From: Nitrosarchaeum sp.
GTDB taxonomy: Archaea; Thermoproteota; Nitrososphaeria; Nitrososphaerales; Nitrosopumilaceae
Assembly: GCA_965223865.1 (NCBI GenBank)
Contig: OZ245020.1
Span: forward strand, 576,001 to 640,000
DNA: 64,000 bases
Direction: 5' to 3'
Shown here: piece by piece, positions 50,870 to 62,115 of the stretch
Numbering within the stretch: position 1 is the stretch's first letter
How the letters are laid out: each line of letters begins with the position of its first letter
Translations under genes and position numbers: made by a program
Notes under the pieces: generated by a model
Told to the model about the DNA's origin: nothing
The model's database searches: none
Seen by the model: only the letters and a program-made list of their open reading frames with translations

Positions 50870-51859
50870 TTGTTGAAAGGTAAATTGAGATTACAAATTA
50901 TAGTGGTTCTTTTGATTGTTGTTTTAGCTATACAAATTCCCAATTCTTATTCAGAGACTTTGGAACTATATTCAAACAGTAAAGTTTACTCTGAAGACCA
51001 ACCTTTGTTTGTTTACGGAAAGGGATTACCTAATGAAAATCTCATTATTCGTTTATTTGCACCTGATGGAACAATAGCAAAGTTTGATCAAATCACCACA
51101 AATGAGGATGACGGCACCTTTAATCACGTTTTGATTATATGGCCTGAATCATCATCTACTTTTCCTTTTGGAACTTATTCTGTTGAAGTAATAAGTACTG
51201 AACAAGATGGTTTATCTCAAATTTTAGATGTAAAGTTTACTTCAACTGATGAATTAATAGAGGTACCAGTTGAGAGACAGATTAACACTTTGGTATTTGC
51301 ACCTGAAACAGCAGCAGTTGATCAATCATTAAGAGTATTTGTTCAAACAACAAGTGATGGTCTTTTGGTTGGAGGTGATCCAAGCATACTTCTTCAAACC
51401 ACCCATGTACATCTTCCATCTGGTAAAGTAGAAACATTGACTGATGCATTTTCGACATTACATCAGGGATTATACTTTACAGATTACACTCCAACTGAAC
51501 AGGGAACCTATGTATTTCACGTTGTTGCATTTAGCCGAGGAACTATATCTCATGGTTCTGTTGCAACAAATGTCATGAGTCAAGATATAAGAGGAATATC
51601 TAATCAAATTATAGAGTTAAACTCTATTTTGGATGAAACATCAAAAGAACTTGAAATCTTAAAATCAGAAATTTCAGGATTTGGATCTACCCTAGAAAAT
51701 GCCAGTACAAATATAGAAAAAAGCACATCTGCTATTTCTTCATCAGTAACTAACATTGAAGAAGCCTCATCCCAGCTTAATTCTCTCTTCTTTCCAATTG
51801 TCGCCTCTATTGGAATAATTGTAGCACTTCAGATTGCCATTCTTGCAAGAAGAAGATAG
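50870..51859 (+). CDS. Secreted, C-terminally anchored protein with coiled-coil stalk (possible S-layer associated)
   Basis: Signal peptide, Ig-like segments, heptad Ser/Thr-rich stalk, TM plus RRR. Confidence 0.75.
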   Translation: MLKGKLRLQIIVVLLIVVLAIQIPNSYSETLELYSNSKVYSEDQPLFVYGKGLPNENLIIRLFAPDGTIAKFDQITTNEDDGTFNHVLIIWPESSSTFPFGTYSVEVISTEQDGLSQILDVKFTSTDELIEVPVERQINTLVFAPETAAVDQSLRVFVQTTSDGLLVGGDPSILLQTTHVHLPSGKVETLTDAFSTLHQGLYFTDYTPTEQGTYVFHVVAFSRGTISHGSVATNVMSQDIRGISNQIIELNSILDETSKELEILKSEISGFGSTLENASTNIEKSTSAISSSVTNIEEASSQLNSLFFPIVASIGIIVALQIAILARRR

Positions 51860-51877
51860 TTATAATAAATACAAAAT

Positions 51878-54800
51878 ATGAAAATTTACCATATGCCCAA
51901 GGTGGCTATCTTCTTTTGTGTGCTTCTTCTTTCATCTTTATCTGTAAACTCTTATGCATTTCAAACTGGAGATACTATAGAATTTAATTCAAACCAAAAT
52001 GATTTGATTTTTGATTCTGGAATTATTGATATTGAACAAGATTTTTCACCAAATAACTTTAAGCGATATCTTGTATTTGGCACAAATTCTCAAGATTTAG
52101 ATTTTCTAAAGAATAATTCTCTTTATGGAGTTCAGTCAGATAATGGGTTTTTTTATGTTGCAGTGCTAAAAGAAAAATCTGCTTCAAATCTCATATCTCA
52201 GGGATATAATGTAATGGAAGATATTCAGCTAGATTTTCATTCTAAGGATTCAAAGTTTTTGGATGCATCACGAATTGGTAATGTTACTGGTTCAACACTG
52301 GCTGAGACAAATTATAACGTTACAGGACATGGAATTAAAATTGCAGTAGTTGATACTGGAGTGGATTTTTCAAATTTAGATATCAGGCATTCCCTTGCTA
52401 GAGATGAAAAGAATCATCCAATAATGCTAGATCCTGATGGTCAAGGAATCGTTCTTACAAATGCAACTTTTTTTGCATATATTGACAAAGATGAAATCAT
52501 AAGAAATTACAGTAAACCAATTCCTGAACAAATTACATCATCAGCATATGTTACAAAGAAAGGTATCTTTCTTGATGTTTCACAGGGAGGTAAGGGAACA
52601 AAAATTCCAATTTACAACTCCTTTTTCCCACAATTTGGAACATCTATAATTTTTAATGGAACATTAGCTGATGATCTAAAGATTGGACAAGACAACAGAA
52701 ACTATATCAAATCAAAAAGTGGGATTTATCATTTAGGTGTGATTTATCAGGGAGCATTGCAAGGGCCTCTGGCACGAGTACAGGTAGTCCCAGTTCTTTT
52801 AGTTGATTCTAATACTGCAGGAGTATACGATACAATAATCCCAGACATGACAACTTCTTGGGAAGATTATACCAGATTTGATTTAAAACCCGGAGAAAAA
52901 CCAAAATACGATTTTGATTTTACAGATGAAAAACCAATTGTTTTAGGAAGTGGAAATGAATTTCTTGTTTATGATTCAAACAAAGACGGTAAAGCAGATT
53001 ATAGTGCAGGAACTGTTGGAGCACAAGTTTTAGATGTATATGGAGTGATTCAAAATAAAACAGCTAACATTGATGATTCACTAAAAGCTATCAATGGAAC
53101 ATTATTGCCTGCAATAGATCCTGATGGGGAATTTTTTGGTATAATGACTGATTTTCTTGGACATGGCACTTCTAGTGCTGCTTCGATTGCATCAAAAGGA
53201 CAAGAGACATATGATATCTACAACAACACAAAGAAATTTGTGATAAAAGGAGTATCTCCTGATGCAAAAATTATTCCAATAAAGGCATTGTGGTTTGGCG
53301 ATACTGTATTTGCATGGTTGTGGTCTGCAGGATTTGAAAATATAGAAAATAATTGGAAATTCACTGGTACTCCAAAAGCTGATATTATTTCAAACAGTTG
53401 GGGAATCTCAAATTTTCCTTCCTTTGAATCAGCACCAGGCCTAGATATACTATCTTTGATTCTTAGCGTATTGGTAACCCCGCATTCCTTAGATGATGAT
53501 TATCCTGGAATTACTATAATTTCTAGTGCTGGAAACTCAGGACACGGATATGGGACAATTGGATTGCCAAATGTATCTCCCTTTGGAATTTCAGTAGGAG
53601 CTACTACAAACAATGTTTTTGTTGGGTATGGGCCATTCAAAGATCAACCAAGATTTGGCAATACAACTTCTAACTATAACCACGTAGTTGATTTCTCAAG
53701 TAGAGGTCCAGGGATTATTGGAGATCCAAAACCAGATATTATGAGTATTGGTGCTCATGGATTTGTTCCATCCAATGTAATTAAAACTGAAAAAGATTCT
53801 AAAGCAGAATCTTTTTCTTTGTTTGGAGGAACTAGTATGGCAGCTCCTTTAGTTTCTGGCAGTGCAGCTTTATTGATGGAAGGATTACAAAAAAACTCTA
53901 AAGACTATGATCCATTTACAATAAAAAATATTTTAATGTCAACAGCAAAAGACTTGAAAAATGATCCTCTAACACAAGGTTCAGGTTTAGTTGATGTTCA
54001 TACTGCATTAAAATTTGTAAATGAAGAGCCAGGAATTTTCATAGTTTACAATGATAATTCATATATTAACATCAAAAAAATTCTAGACCCCGTAATTGAA
54101 GATGTAAATTCTACAAAAATAGGATTTGAAAAATTCCAACTTCCATTAAAATCTAAACCTACAACAAACTGGTTTGCCGGACAACTTTTACCTGGAGAAC
54201 GAAGTACCACTACATTTACTATAGAAAATCCAACAAATTCTACAATTCAAGTAAATATTAAACCCCAAAAATTATCTTTAATCAAAAATAGTGCATTAAA
54301 TGGAACAACTATTGTACGTCAGCAAGATCCAATATTAAACAAAACGGATGTTTTTATTCCCAACTACATACATCTATCTGACGTAAAAGAACACAAAAAG
54401 ATTAGTCAATTTTTTGAAAAAGAAGATCCTATTCCTGATGACTCTTCTTTAATGATACTTAATGTAAATTTCCCATTTCATAATTTTATGAATAAAACAG
54501 ACGATGTATATGCAAATGATCTAAAAATTTCATCACTTTATCTTTATGACTGGATTGATAAAAACAACGATACAAAAATTGTTAGTGATGAACTATCCAT
54601 GATTAGCAGAGCTGGTTCTTGGGGTACTGTTCAAGAATTACGAATATCTGAACCAAATGAAAAATTTGAAGGAATTCCTCTCGTAGGAATTTATCCAGTT
54701 CCCACAAGGTACTCTTACTGGCAAGGCGATACAAAACTAAATTCAACTTCTATGGATTATACATTATCTGCTAGTCACTATCAAAAAACAAAGTGGCAAG

Positions 54801-55735
54801 AATTTTGGGTAGATGATGAATCAATTACAGTTCCTCCAAAAGAAACAACACAAGTAAGTGTTACATTAGTTGCACCAAATAATTTGCAATCTGGAGTTTA
54901 CCAAGGGTTTCTAACTTTTGAAAGTGAAAACCATACTGTTAATGCACCAGTTTCTTATGTTATCAAAAAAGAAATCAACCAAAAGGATTCTCTTTTAATA
55001 ATATCTGGAAAACAGAGTGATGATGTAGTTTTTGGAAATGGATACATCAAGGGTGCATTTGACATGGTAAATAGATACATGGCAGGAGATTGGAGACAAT
55101 ATTATTTTGATATTAAAGATAAAACAATAGATTCTGCTTCAATTGAGTTCTCTTGGGAAAATGAGGATACCAATCTAGCAGTATTTGTAATGGATCCAAA
55201 AGGAAAAATTGTTCAAACTAACATGCCATCAGGGGTGTTTGGACATTTTCTTGGATGGCCGTCTCTTGATTGGTTAGGAAATTCACTTTTCAGTCAAGGC
55301 GGTGGCTTCTTCCCGGTAAAAAATAAAGATGATACTTCAACTGTACTTTTTGTCCCAATCAATCAAACCGGAACATATTCTCTTTTGACACATTCTACTC
55401 TTTTTGGAGGAAATCATACAACTGAACCAATTTCAATTGCAGCTAAATTCTCCACAATTACTTCTGAAGAAATAACAATTCCTCCAGAACCTACTCAATC
55501 TGAAACTACTATCGATATTGAGGAGAATGAAAATGAGTCATTATCTATTATACAAAATATATCTGAATCAAAAACAGAATCTATATCTGAATTCGTATCA
55601 GAACCGAATACATTTGAAGCGCAAGAAACATCTCCTGACAACTTTACATTTGGAATAATCTTAGGAATTGCAATTGGAATTGCGATCGGAGCTGCTTTCT
55701 TTTTTATCATTAGACAAAAGAAAGCAATTGATTGA
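51878..55735 (+). CDS. S8 subtilisin-like serine protease, membrane anchored
   Basis: VVDTG, GHGT, AGNSG, FSSRGP, GGTSMAAP; C-terminal TM. Confidence 0.93.
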   Translation: MKIYHMPKVAIFFCVLLLSSLSVNSYAFQTGDTIEFNSNQNDLIFDSGIIDIEQDFSPNNFKRYLVFGTNSQDLDFLKNNSLYGVQSDNGFFYVAVLKEKSASNLISQGYNVMEDIQLDFHSKDSKFLDASRIGNVTGSTLAETNYNVTGHGIKIAVVDTGVDFSNLDIRHSLARDEKNHPIMLDPDGQGIVLTNATFFAYIDKDEIIRNYSKPIPEQITSSAYVTKKGIFLDVSQGGKGTKIPIYNSFFPQFGTSIIFNGTLADDLKIGQDNRNYIKSKSGIYHLGVIYQGALQGPLARVQVVPVLLVDSNTAGVYDTIIPDMTTSWEDYTRFDLKPGEKPKYDFDFTDEKPIVLGSGNEFLVYDSNKDGKADYSAGTVGAQVLDVYGVIQNKTANIDDSLKAINGTLLPAIDPDGEFFGIMTDFLGHGTSSAASIASKGQETYDIYNNTKKFVIKGVSPDAKIIPIKALWFGDTVFAWLWSAGFENIENNWKFTGTPKADIISNSWGISNFPSFESAPGLDILSLILSVLVTPHSLDDDYPGITIISSAGNSGHGYGTIGLPNVSPFGISVGATTNNVFVGYGPFKDQPRFGNTTSNYNHVVDFSSRGPGIIGDPKPDIMSIGAHGFVPSNVIKTEKDSKAESFSLFGGTSMAAPLVSGSAALLMEGLQKNSKDYDPFTIKNILMSTAKDLKNDPLTQGSGLVDVHTALKFVNEEPGIFIVYNDNSYINIKKILDPVIEDVNSTKIGFEKFQLPLKSKPTTNWFAGQLLPGERSTTTFTIENPTNSTIQVNIKPQKLSLIKNSALNGTTIVRQQDPILNKTDVFIPNYIHLSDVKEHKKISQFFEKEDPIPDDSSLMILNVNFPFHNFMNKTDDVYANDLKISSLYLYDWIDKNNDTKIVSDELSMISRAGSWGTVQELRISEPNEKFEGIPLVGIYPVPTRYSYWQGDTKLNSTSMDYTLSASHYQKTKWQEFWVDDESITVPPKETTQVSVTLVAPNNLQSGVYQGFLTFESENHTVNAPVSYVIKKEINQKDSLLIISGKQSDDVVFGNGYIKGAFDMVNRYMAGDWRQYYFDIKDKTIDSASIEFSWENEDTNLAVFVMDPKGKIVQTNMPSGVFGHFLGWPSLDWLGNSLFSQGGGFFPVKNKDDTSTVLFVPINQTGTYSLLTHSTLFGGNHTTEPISIAAKFSTITSEEITIPPEPTQSETTIDIEENENESLSIIQNISESKTESISEFVSEPNTFEAQETSPDNFTFGIILGIAIGIAIGAAFFFIIRQKKAID

Positions 55736-55774
55736 ACAAGGTTTATAAGCAATTTGGCGAGTACGACAGCTTGA

Positions 55775-56380
55775 ATGTCAGAGCAGGGGACCCAAAAATC
55801 TGGCGGATTATCCAGAAGGGATTTTCTTAAATTAATGGGAGCAGCAGGAACAGGTTTAGCCTTTGCTCCATTTGTTCCATTTGGAAATTTCATGCCAAAC
55901 CCATCAAGTGCTTCTCTTGAGAAAGTCCCAGTAATTTTACCAGATGGTACTCAAGCTCATGTTGAAACATTTCCAATTAATCATTCAGAAGTCATTACTT
56001 ATCCAAGTACTGGTGATGCTGCACTTGATGCAGAGGCATTTAGAAAATGGCAATTCATTAGATTGCCAGAAGAACTTGGAGGTACTGCAAAGGATGTATC
56101 TGCTTTTAGGGCATTTAGTATGGTTTGTCTTCATCTTTGGTGTCTATGGAAATATTGGCCTGAAGAAGGACGAAAGAGAGGTGAGTGTCCTTGTCATGGT
56201 AGCATGTATGATGCAAGAACTGGTACTGCATATGTTGGACCCGCATCGTTACAAGCAAAACCTTCTGATACTTTACCAAAATTAGATTTTGAAGCTGATG
56301 CAGACGGTTTTCTGTGGATTCTTCCACCAACATGGGGAGTTAATGCCAATGGAGTAATAGGATATGGCCGTTTCGCTTAA
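55775..56380 (+). CDS. petC: Rieske Fe-S protein of complex III, Tat signal
   Basis: SRRDFLK, CLHLWC, CPCHGS; TATA TTTATAA at 55742. Confidence 0.95.
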   Translation: MSEQGTQKSGGLSRRDFLKLMGAAGTGLAFAPFVPFGNFMPNPSSASLEKVPVILPDGTQAHVETFPINHSEVITYPSTGDAALDAEAFRKWQFIRLPEELGGTAKDVSAFRAFSMVCLHLWCLWKYWPEEGRKRGECPCHGSMYDARTGTAYVGPASLQAKPSDTLPKLDFEADADGFLWILPPTWGVNANGVIGYGRFA

Positions 56381-57953
56381 ACGACAAACAGGCGCAGTTG
56401 CGTTCTTTTACTGGTTATGGGATGGATTAGACAGAACAATCTTTACTGCAATTAAATTTTCATTCCCTGCTCGTTTTGTTAGTCCTTTTGGATTTTTAGG
56501 AATGTTAACATTCATTGTATTTGTAATCCTTGGAATCTCAGGTGCTCTGTTGATGTTTTACTATCAACCAATGTTAGATAGAGCTTGGGATAGTGTTGCA
56601 TTCATTAATGATGAAGTACCTTATGGTTTCCATATTAGAAACATCCACTATCACGGATCTAATGCAATGGTACTTTTGGCAGTTCTTCACATGTATTATC
56701 AATACTTTAGTGGAAGATACAAAATTAGAAATGAAATTTTATGGGCAACAGGAGTTATTCTTGGAACCGTAACTATTCTTGAAGCATTTACAGGTTATGA
56801 TGTTATATTTAGTGAAAGAGCGCAACTCGCAATTAGTATTGCTGCATCACTCACTACTTCCATTCCTCTTATAGGGCCGACAATGCGTGATGCGATGTTT
56901 GGAAGTGGGTTCTCTGACTTTGTTTTGAGATTCTATGCCCAACATGTGTTCCTCTTGCCGCTTGTCATGCTTGGATTGATGGCAGTTCACTTCCCACGAT
57001 TCTTAGTATTTGACGTACCTATGGTAATGGCAATTGGTGGTGCTATTCTGATAACTGGTGGAGTCTTCCCAATTGATATGGGATTCAAGTTTGAACCTAC
57101 AGTACCTCCCGGGATTACCGTCCCTGAATGGTATCTGACGGGAATCTATGCATTTTTGAGGACTCAATACGACAAATTTGTAACTGGTGTCTTATGGCCA
57201 GGAATATTCATAGCTGCTATACTGCTAACGCCTTTCATTGATCGATACAAAAAGTTCTCATGGAAGGATCGTCCAATTATTACAGCATTTGGTATAACCG
57301 GAATTGCCCAGGTTATGGTGACTACCTATTGGGGATTTTACATTCCACAAGACACCACTATTCCATTAGTAGAACGTCTAGTTATCGATCCGGTCTTTTT
57401 GTATTCAGTAATGATACTGATGCTTCCACTAGGATTTGGATTTACATATATGATGATTAAGCTAGCAAAAGAGTCTGAAAGAAAAGCAAAACTTGCAAAA
57501 GAAAAGGGCCCCAACAAAGTAGCAACAATTAGCCTCTCTCAACAATGGATTAATTGGTTACTTGTAGCACTATTAGCATTCCAAGTATTTCTTAACATTG
57601 CAGCCTACAATGCAGCCTTGACTGGAATGAAGAATATTTCGTTATTCTTTATTGGGTTGATATTGATTGTGTTTGCAGCATTCTTCCACATTTACAGATA
57701 TGGAATGAATGAAGCAAAGAATGCCCCACCACCACCTCCAATTCCAATCCCAGAGGAAAAACCAAAGGAGATTCCAGAACCACAATCTGCACCAGAGCCA
57801 AGCAAATTACCTGAAGGTGAAAAAGAAACTGCAAAACCAAAAGAAATTGCAGCTGAGGTTCCTACTCCAAAGACTCAAGCTGATTCGGGAGGAGGAACAA
57901 CAGGTGCAAACAACTCTCCTAACGTTGGCGGTTCAGATCTAAACAAGCCCTAA
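56364..57953 (+). CDS. petB: Cytochrome b of complex III with extra TM helices and Pro/Glu-rich tail
   Basis: IRNIHYHGS, LHM, FTGY, RFYAQH, VPEWY. Confidence 0.95.
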   Translation: MAVSLKRQTGAVAFFYWLWDGLDRTIFTAIKFSFPARFVSPFGFLGMLTFIVFVILGISGALLMFYYQPMLDRAWDSVAFINDEVPYGFHIRNIHYHGSNAMVLLAVLHMYYQYFSGRYKIRNEILWATGVILGTVTILEAFTGYDVIFSERAQLAISIAASLTTSIPLIGPTMRDAMFGSGFSDFVLRFYAQHVFLLPLVMLGLMAVHFPRFLVFDVPMVMAIGGAILITGGVFPIDMGFKFEPTVPPGITVPEWYLTGIYAFLRTQYDKFVTGVLWPGIFIAAILLTPFIDRYKKFSWKDRPIITAFGITGIAQVMVTTYWGFYIPQDTTIPLVERLVIDPVFLYSVMILMLPLGFGFTYMMIKLAKESERKAKLAKEKGPNKVATISLSQQWINWLLVALLAFQVFLNIAAYNAALTGMKNISLFFIGLILIVFAAFFHIYRYGMNEAKNAPPPPPIPIPEEKPKEIPEPQSAPEPSKLPEGEKETAKPKEIAAEVPTPKTQADSGGGTTGANNSPNVGGSDLNKP

Positions 57954-57997
57954 GTTCAAACAAGCTTTATAAGAACACCAAAGGCCTACTAAAATCG

Positions 57998-58462
57998 TTG
58001 AGTGCACCAACATCTAGTCATGCATATGGAGTTGGAGTCATTGCAATTGTTGTTGCATTATCAGCTAGTGTTGTTTTTTACACATCATTTTATCTTCCTG
58101 AATCTTTGGCAAAACCCTCAGTTGATGATCACATATTACATCCTGTTAAATCTACAATTATTGATATGATACCTGGTTCTGCAAGCCCAGAACAACAAGA
58201 TAACTTTGTTCCAAAACTAGTCAACCTACAGCTAACAATTGATAATCATGTGATTTGGACAAATAGTGATGATACCCCACACACTGTAACTCCAGATCAT
58301 AGACATGCAGATGGCTATAGTGGTGACTTTGGTTCACCTGGAGTAGTAAAGGCAGGTGAGGAATATGAATTCCTATTTACTGAACCTCAAGAAGTTCATT
58401 ACCATTGCTCTCCTCATCCCTGGATGACAGGAACAATTATTGTAACAAAAGCCAGATTCTAG
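57998..58462 (+). CDS. Membrane-anchored plastocyanin-like blue copper protein
   Basis: NSDDTPHTV and YHCSPHPWMTG type-1 Cu ligands. Confidence 0.93.
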   Translation: MSAPTSSHAYGVGVIAIVVALSASVVFYTSFYLPESLAKPSVDDHILHPVKSTIIDMIPGSASPEQQDNFVPKLVNLQLTIDNHVIWTNSDDTPHTVTPDHRHADGYSGDFGSPGVVKAGEEYEFLFTEPQEVHYHCSPHPWMTGTIIVTKARF

Positions 58463-58809
58463 TTAGAATATTTTGCAAAAATTATCTGACTTTCGATTTC
58501 TTTGTGTTGTTCAATTATTGATGCTCTAAATTTTACCTCGTATTCTTGTTTTGGTTCGAATTCAATGGTTGCAGTAAATTCAGCCTTGTTTTCAGGCATC
58601 ACGTCTTTGTTAATGAATAACCTTGAAACATGCTGTGATATTTTTTTTTTATTATAGGATTTATAGATGATGTGCTCATTTGAATCCAAAATTTGAGTAT
58701 TAATTACGACTCCGTCATATCGTCCAGGATATGAAACAAAAATTTTCCCTTTAATCTCTGATTTGGGATGAATTTCTTTTGGTTCTAAGGAAAATTCTAT
58801 GTCTTTCAC
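58459..58809 (-). CDS. Hypothetical protein
   Basis: 116-aa beta-rich ORF convergent with the cupredoxin gene. Confidence 0.7.
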   Translation of the reverse strand: MKDIEFSLEPKEIHPKSEIKGKIFVSYPGRYDGVVINTQILDSNEHIIYKSYNKKKISQHVSRLFINKDVMPENKAEFTATIEFEPKQEYEVKFRASIIEQHKEIESQIIFAKYSN

Positions 58810-59145
58810 GAGATAATCACGTGTACTTGAGAATAAATAATTTTGTTAAGTGGGCCCAAAGGTTCCTGCATTCTCCAGCATTTGAAACCTTGTTTTTTAT
58901 TAACGTAATCAAGACTTCAGACGCTTTTACATTATCATATTTTATAATGTTTTAGTTGATCAAAATCAATCTATTTGAGATAACTGATCGCTTATGTTCT
59001 ATCTCTGCTAACTGTACTTATTGCTACCATTAAGTTCATCCATATAATGCAAAACTAGACAGAGTTCATGGAATTTACATATTCTCAACATAAAAAACAC
59101 AATATCTCATGTATCATTCTGACATATTCCAAGATTTGCACCAAA

Positions 59146-59305
59146 TGTGGCACAATTTGTACAAGCAGATCACATTGAGTTTCAAAAAGGCATAATCAAG
59201 AGAAGATGTCAAACATGTGAAATATTTATCAAATGAGAAGGACCGTGGTACCCGTGACGTGGATACAGGTTAAGAACAATTCCAAAGAATAGACAACTCA
59301 AGTAA
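59146..59305 (+). pseudogene. Decayed thaumarchaeal small Zn-finger protein
   Basis: RCQTCEIFIK*EGPWYP*RGYRLRT versus the family pattern RCxxCEIFIKWxGxxCPCCGYRLR. Confidence 0.65.
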
Positions 59306-59476
59306 AAGTTTCACAAAGAGATAAAATGTAAAATCAAAACTATAGGTGAATGAAATAGCAGTATCATCTAATTAAATTATGTAACACTGTCACTATAACC
59401 TGTGTTGTAATTGGTGGAAAAATTTCAATTTTGGATTAAATTCCAGTAAATTATTATTTTAGGTTGATTAATACTG

Positions 59477-59560
59477 ATTCTAGTGACATTTATGTTACAA
59501 CAAACAAATCACAATACGGCATGGGAGATACAATCATAGTTTCAGGAATAGTTGATTAGA
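59477..59560 (+). pseudogene. Fragment of a surface-protein Ig-like domain
   Basis: SSDIYVTTNKSQYGMGDTIIVSGIVD* resembles the TDKxxYxxGDTIxISG motif. Confidence 0.45.
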
Positions 59561-59791
59561 CCAAAAATAATTCAAGAGTTACAATATAGATATTTCTAGA
59601 GTAATCTTGTAGATGTTGCATAAATCATGATAGCGTAAGACTGAAGTTATTCTCATACTATTACGTAGAAGGTCCATATGGAAAGAAAAACGGAGAAATT
59701 GAAAACTGGATAATACAAAAAAGAACAAAAGAAAATTACAAAACAAGAACAGATCAAGAGTTTTATAGTTGTACCAGTTTTTGTTGGTTTA

Positions 59792-60538
59792 ATGATATCT
59801 AACAAAACAAGAACACTTGGCGTTTCTTCCATTGCCATACTGGCAGTAATAATAACGGTTACACTTCCAATGGGAGCAGCTGACGCAATAGGTGAGGCAG
59901 TTGACAAGGCACGAATATTGACATTTGATGACAATGAAAGTATAATCACACTTAAGGTCAATCCAACTGAAGACCTTAATGATTTGTCATTTAAAGGGTA
60001 CGCAATATTAACTGCAGATCCTAATACTGAAGACATTGGAACATTGATTGCAATAACAAGACATGGTGGTGTGTATGACAGCCAGGCCCAAACTGGTCCT
60101 TCAGATAACAACTGGCACGCACATTATGTTGAATTAATACAGCAAAATGAATGTGTAAATGAAGAAACAAACCCAAACGGTCTTGCAGTAGATCCATTTA
60201 GAATATCCTTTACAGAACCTGGTAAAGTGATTGTAAAGGAAGGCAAGAACGGCTTGGTACTAAAGAAGGCACAAACTGTTGACTACATTGATATTAACTA
60301 CTTTGCTTTCCTAAAAGATCCACTGCCTGCGCTTCCAACTGACAACATACAAAAATACACTTTGGGAGATATTGGAGATGGCCAGGCCGTATCCTTTGAT
60401 CTATCATTAGGAGATCATGGATTTGCAAACCAAGATGCCGGAATTCCAAACGGTGTGTGTATTGATAATGTACAGCCAATCAAGACAAAACTAGTAAACA
60501 AATCACCTACTTCTGCAGAGGAAGAAGATAATAGTTAA
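59792..60538 (+). CDS. Secreted hypothetical protein
   Basis: Signal peptide; TRHGG..D...WHAH motif; T-rich terminator follows. Confidence 0.8.
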   Translation: MISNKTRTLGVSSIAILAVIITVTLPMGAADAIGEAVDKARILTFDDNESIITLKVNPTEDLNDLSFKGYAILTADPNTEDIGTLIAITRHGGVYDSQAQTGPSDNNWHAHYVELIQQNECVNEETNPNGLAVDPFRISFTEPGKVIVKEGKNGLVLKKAQTVDYIDINYFAFLKDPLPALPTDNIQKYTLGDIGDGQAVSFDLSLGDHGFANQDAGIPNGVCIDNVQPIKTKLVNKSPTSAEEEDNS

Positions 60539-61167
60539 AAAACTAGAATAGGTATCCAAAATACTCTCTTTCTATTTTTTATTTCATTTCGTAGTAACTT
60601 CTCAGGATCAATTTTAAATTTTACAAATGGAGGAAAATTCTCAATCTTAGAACCAAAAGTAAACTTAATTCCTTTCACTTTATTGAATTAACTTCTTGCA
60701 CTTGTATATCCCAAACTAATCAAAAAAACCGATAAATTAAGTCAAAACAAATGACATGTAATTTGTTGACGCAAAAACCATTTTTCATAATTTTATTATT
60801 ATCATTATTTTCTATTCAATAACTATGTGTTATCTCTAGAATTGTAAACAAATATTTCAAAAACACTATCTAACAAAATAATTATCTTCAATAAATTGAC
60901 AGAATTTTTTCATCTTTTATAATATCTGCGATATTATACCATGAAGATTAAGTTTTTGTTATAATCATAAATTTGAAGTATCACAAGAAAAACAGTAAGG
61001 TTAACTGGATTAAACAAGAGAATTTTGACCAGCAAATCCCAATATCTTATGTAGATCTTCAAATATTTTAACATCTATGGATGGGGAACATTCTTTATCT
61101 TTTTTACAAAATGCTTCTGAATTTCCTACAAAGTAATAAAAAAGAAGATGAAATGATCATCATCTAG

Positions 61168-61956
61168 TTAGTTATTTCCAATCAGAAATATCACATTTGC
61201 AGTTGTTGTGACATCTTGGTCTGACGAGAATACAGGTGTTGAAGCGGCCCGTACTGCCATGCTTTCCTCAAATGCCATGTCAAACATTGGCATTGGCATA
61301 AGTGGAGTAGGGAACATTCCAAACTCAGATAATGATATTGCTTTTACTCCAACAATTGCATAATCGAGTGGAGCAAGTGCATTTTCTGCCTTTATCTTTG
61401 CGTTTTGTATTGCCTTTTCAATCAGACCGTCTTTCAGATGCATATACTTTTCGGATGACAGAGTAAATGACACGTTGTCTACCCTATTGGCTCCTGCAGT
61501 AACTGCATCATCAATGATGTCAGCTGACAAGTTCAAGTTGGCAGTCTCTACATTTATTGTGTTTGTAACCTGATATCCCACTAGATCTTGCTTCCATCTT
61601 TTGGTCAGCGTATCCTCATATCCATCATATATAGGATATATGTTGAATCGTGATGTACTGATCTCGTCTTCGGTGATTCCTACATCCTTTATTGCCTCAA
61701 TTACGCTGTTCATTGCCTGAGAGTTTGAATCTAGTGCCTGTTTTGCAGTTGGTTCCTGGTTTTCCATGCCAAACGTGATGACCAACAAGTCAGGCTCAAC
61801 TGTTGTAGTTGCCGTTCCTGTAACCGAGATTACATTTTCCTGAATGAGTACTTCCTGGGCAACTGCATGATTGCTGTTGAAGAATACAGAACCTACAGTA
61901 GCAATCATGACAATTGCAAGCATTGTACCAATTGTCAAGGTTTTTGTTTTGTTCAT
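61168..61956 (-). CDS. SIMPL (DUF541) domain protein
   Basis: ISVTGTA...EPD, GYQVTN, AGANRVD, AIQNAKIKAE. Confidence 0.92.
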   Translation of the reverse strand: MNKTKTLTIGTMLAIVMIATVGSVFFNSNHAVAQEVLIQENVISVTGTATTTVEPDLLVITFGMENQEPTAKQALDSNSQAMNSVIEAIKDVGITEDEISTSRFNIYPIYDGYEDTLTKRWKQDLVGYQVTNTINVETANLNLSADIIDDAVTAGANRVDNVSFTLSSEKYMHLKDGLIEKAIQNAKIKAENALAPLDYAIVGVKAISLSEFGMFPTPLMPMPMFDMAFEESMAVRAASTPVFSSDQDVTTTANVIFLIGNN

Positions 61957-62115
61957 TGTATTGAAATAAAACAGTTAGAAGATAAGGTTTGATTAAATCA
62001 GGATTTAACCAGAAACATTATAAATCAAATCTACAAGAAAAGAAGAAAATAGATTATTCGTTATCAATCTTGACACTAAATCTATCTTATGAAGTATCGA
62101 CTATTTGCAGGTAAA

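Noticed and set aside
888-57942. Many short antisense or alternate-frame ORFs inside ths, guaA, his, dur3, ureC, S-layer and petB
   Set aside because: Shadow ORFs fully overlapping well-supported genes, with no motifs
55775-58462. Complex III with a cupredoxin instead of cytochrome c1 as a novelty
   Set aside because: Established feature of ammonia-oxidising archaea
59230-59260. TGA at Trp and Cys positions as recoding or selenocysteine
   Set aside because: Neighbouring Cys codons are also mutated (to Tyr, Arg) and the 5' part is broken; TGA is a normal stop throughout the window
62088-62103. Half-site TATCGACTA outside the island
   Set aside because: No matching left arm; compatible with chance
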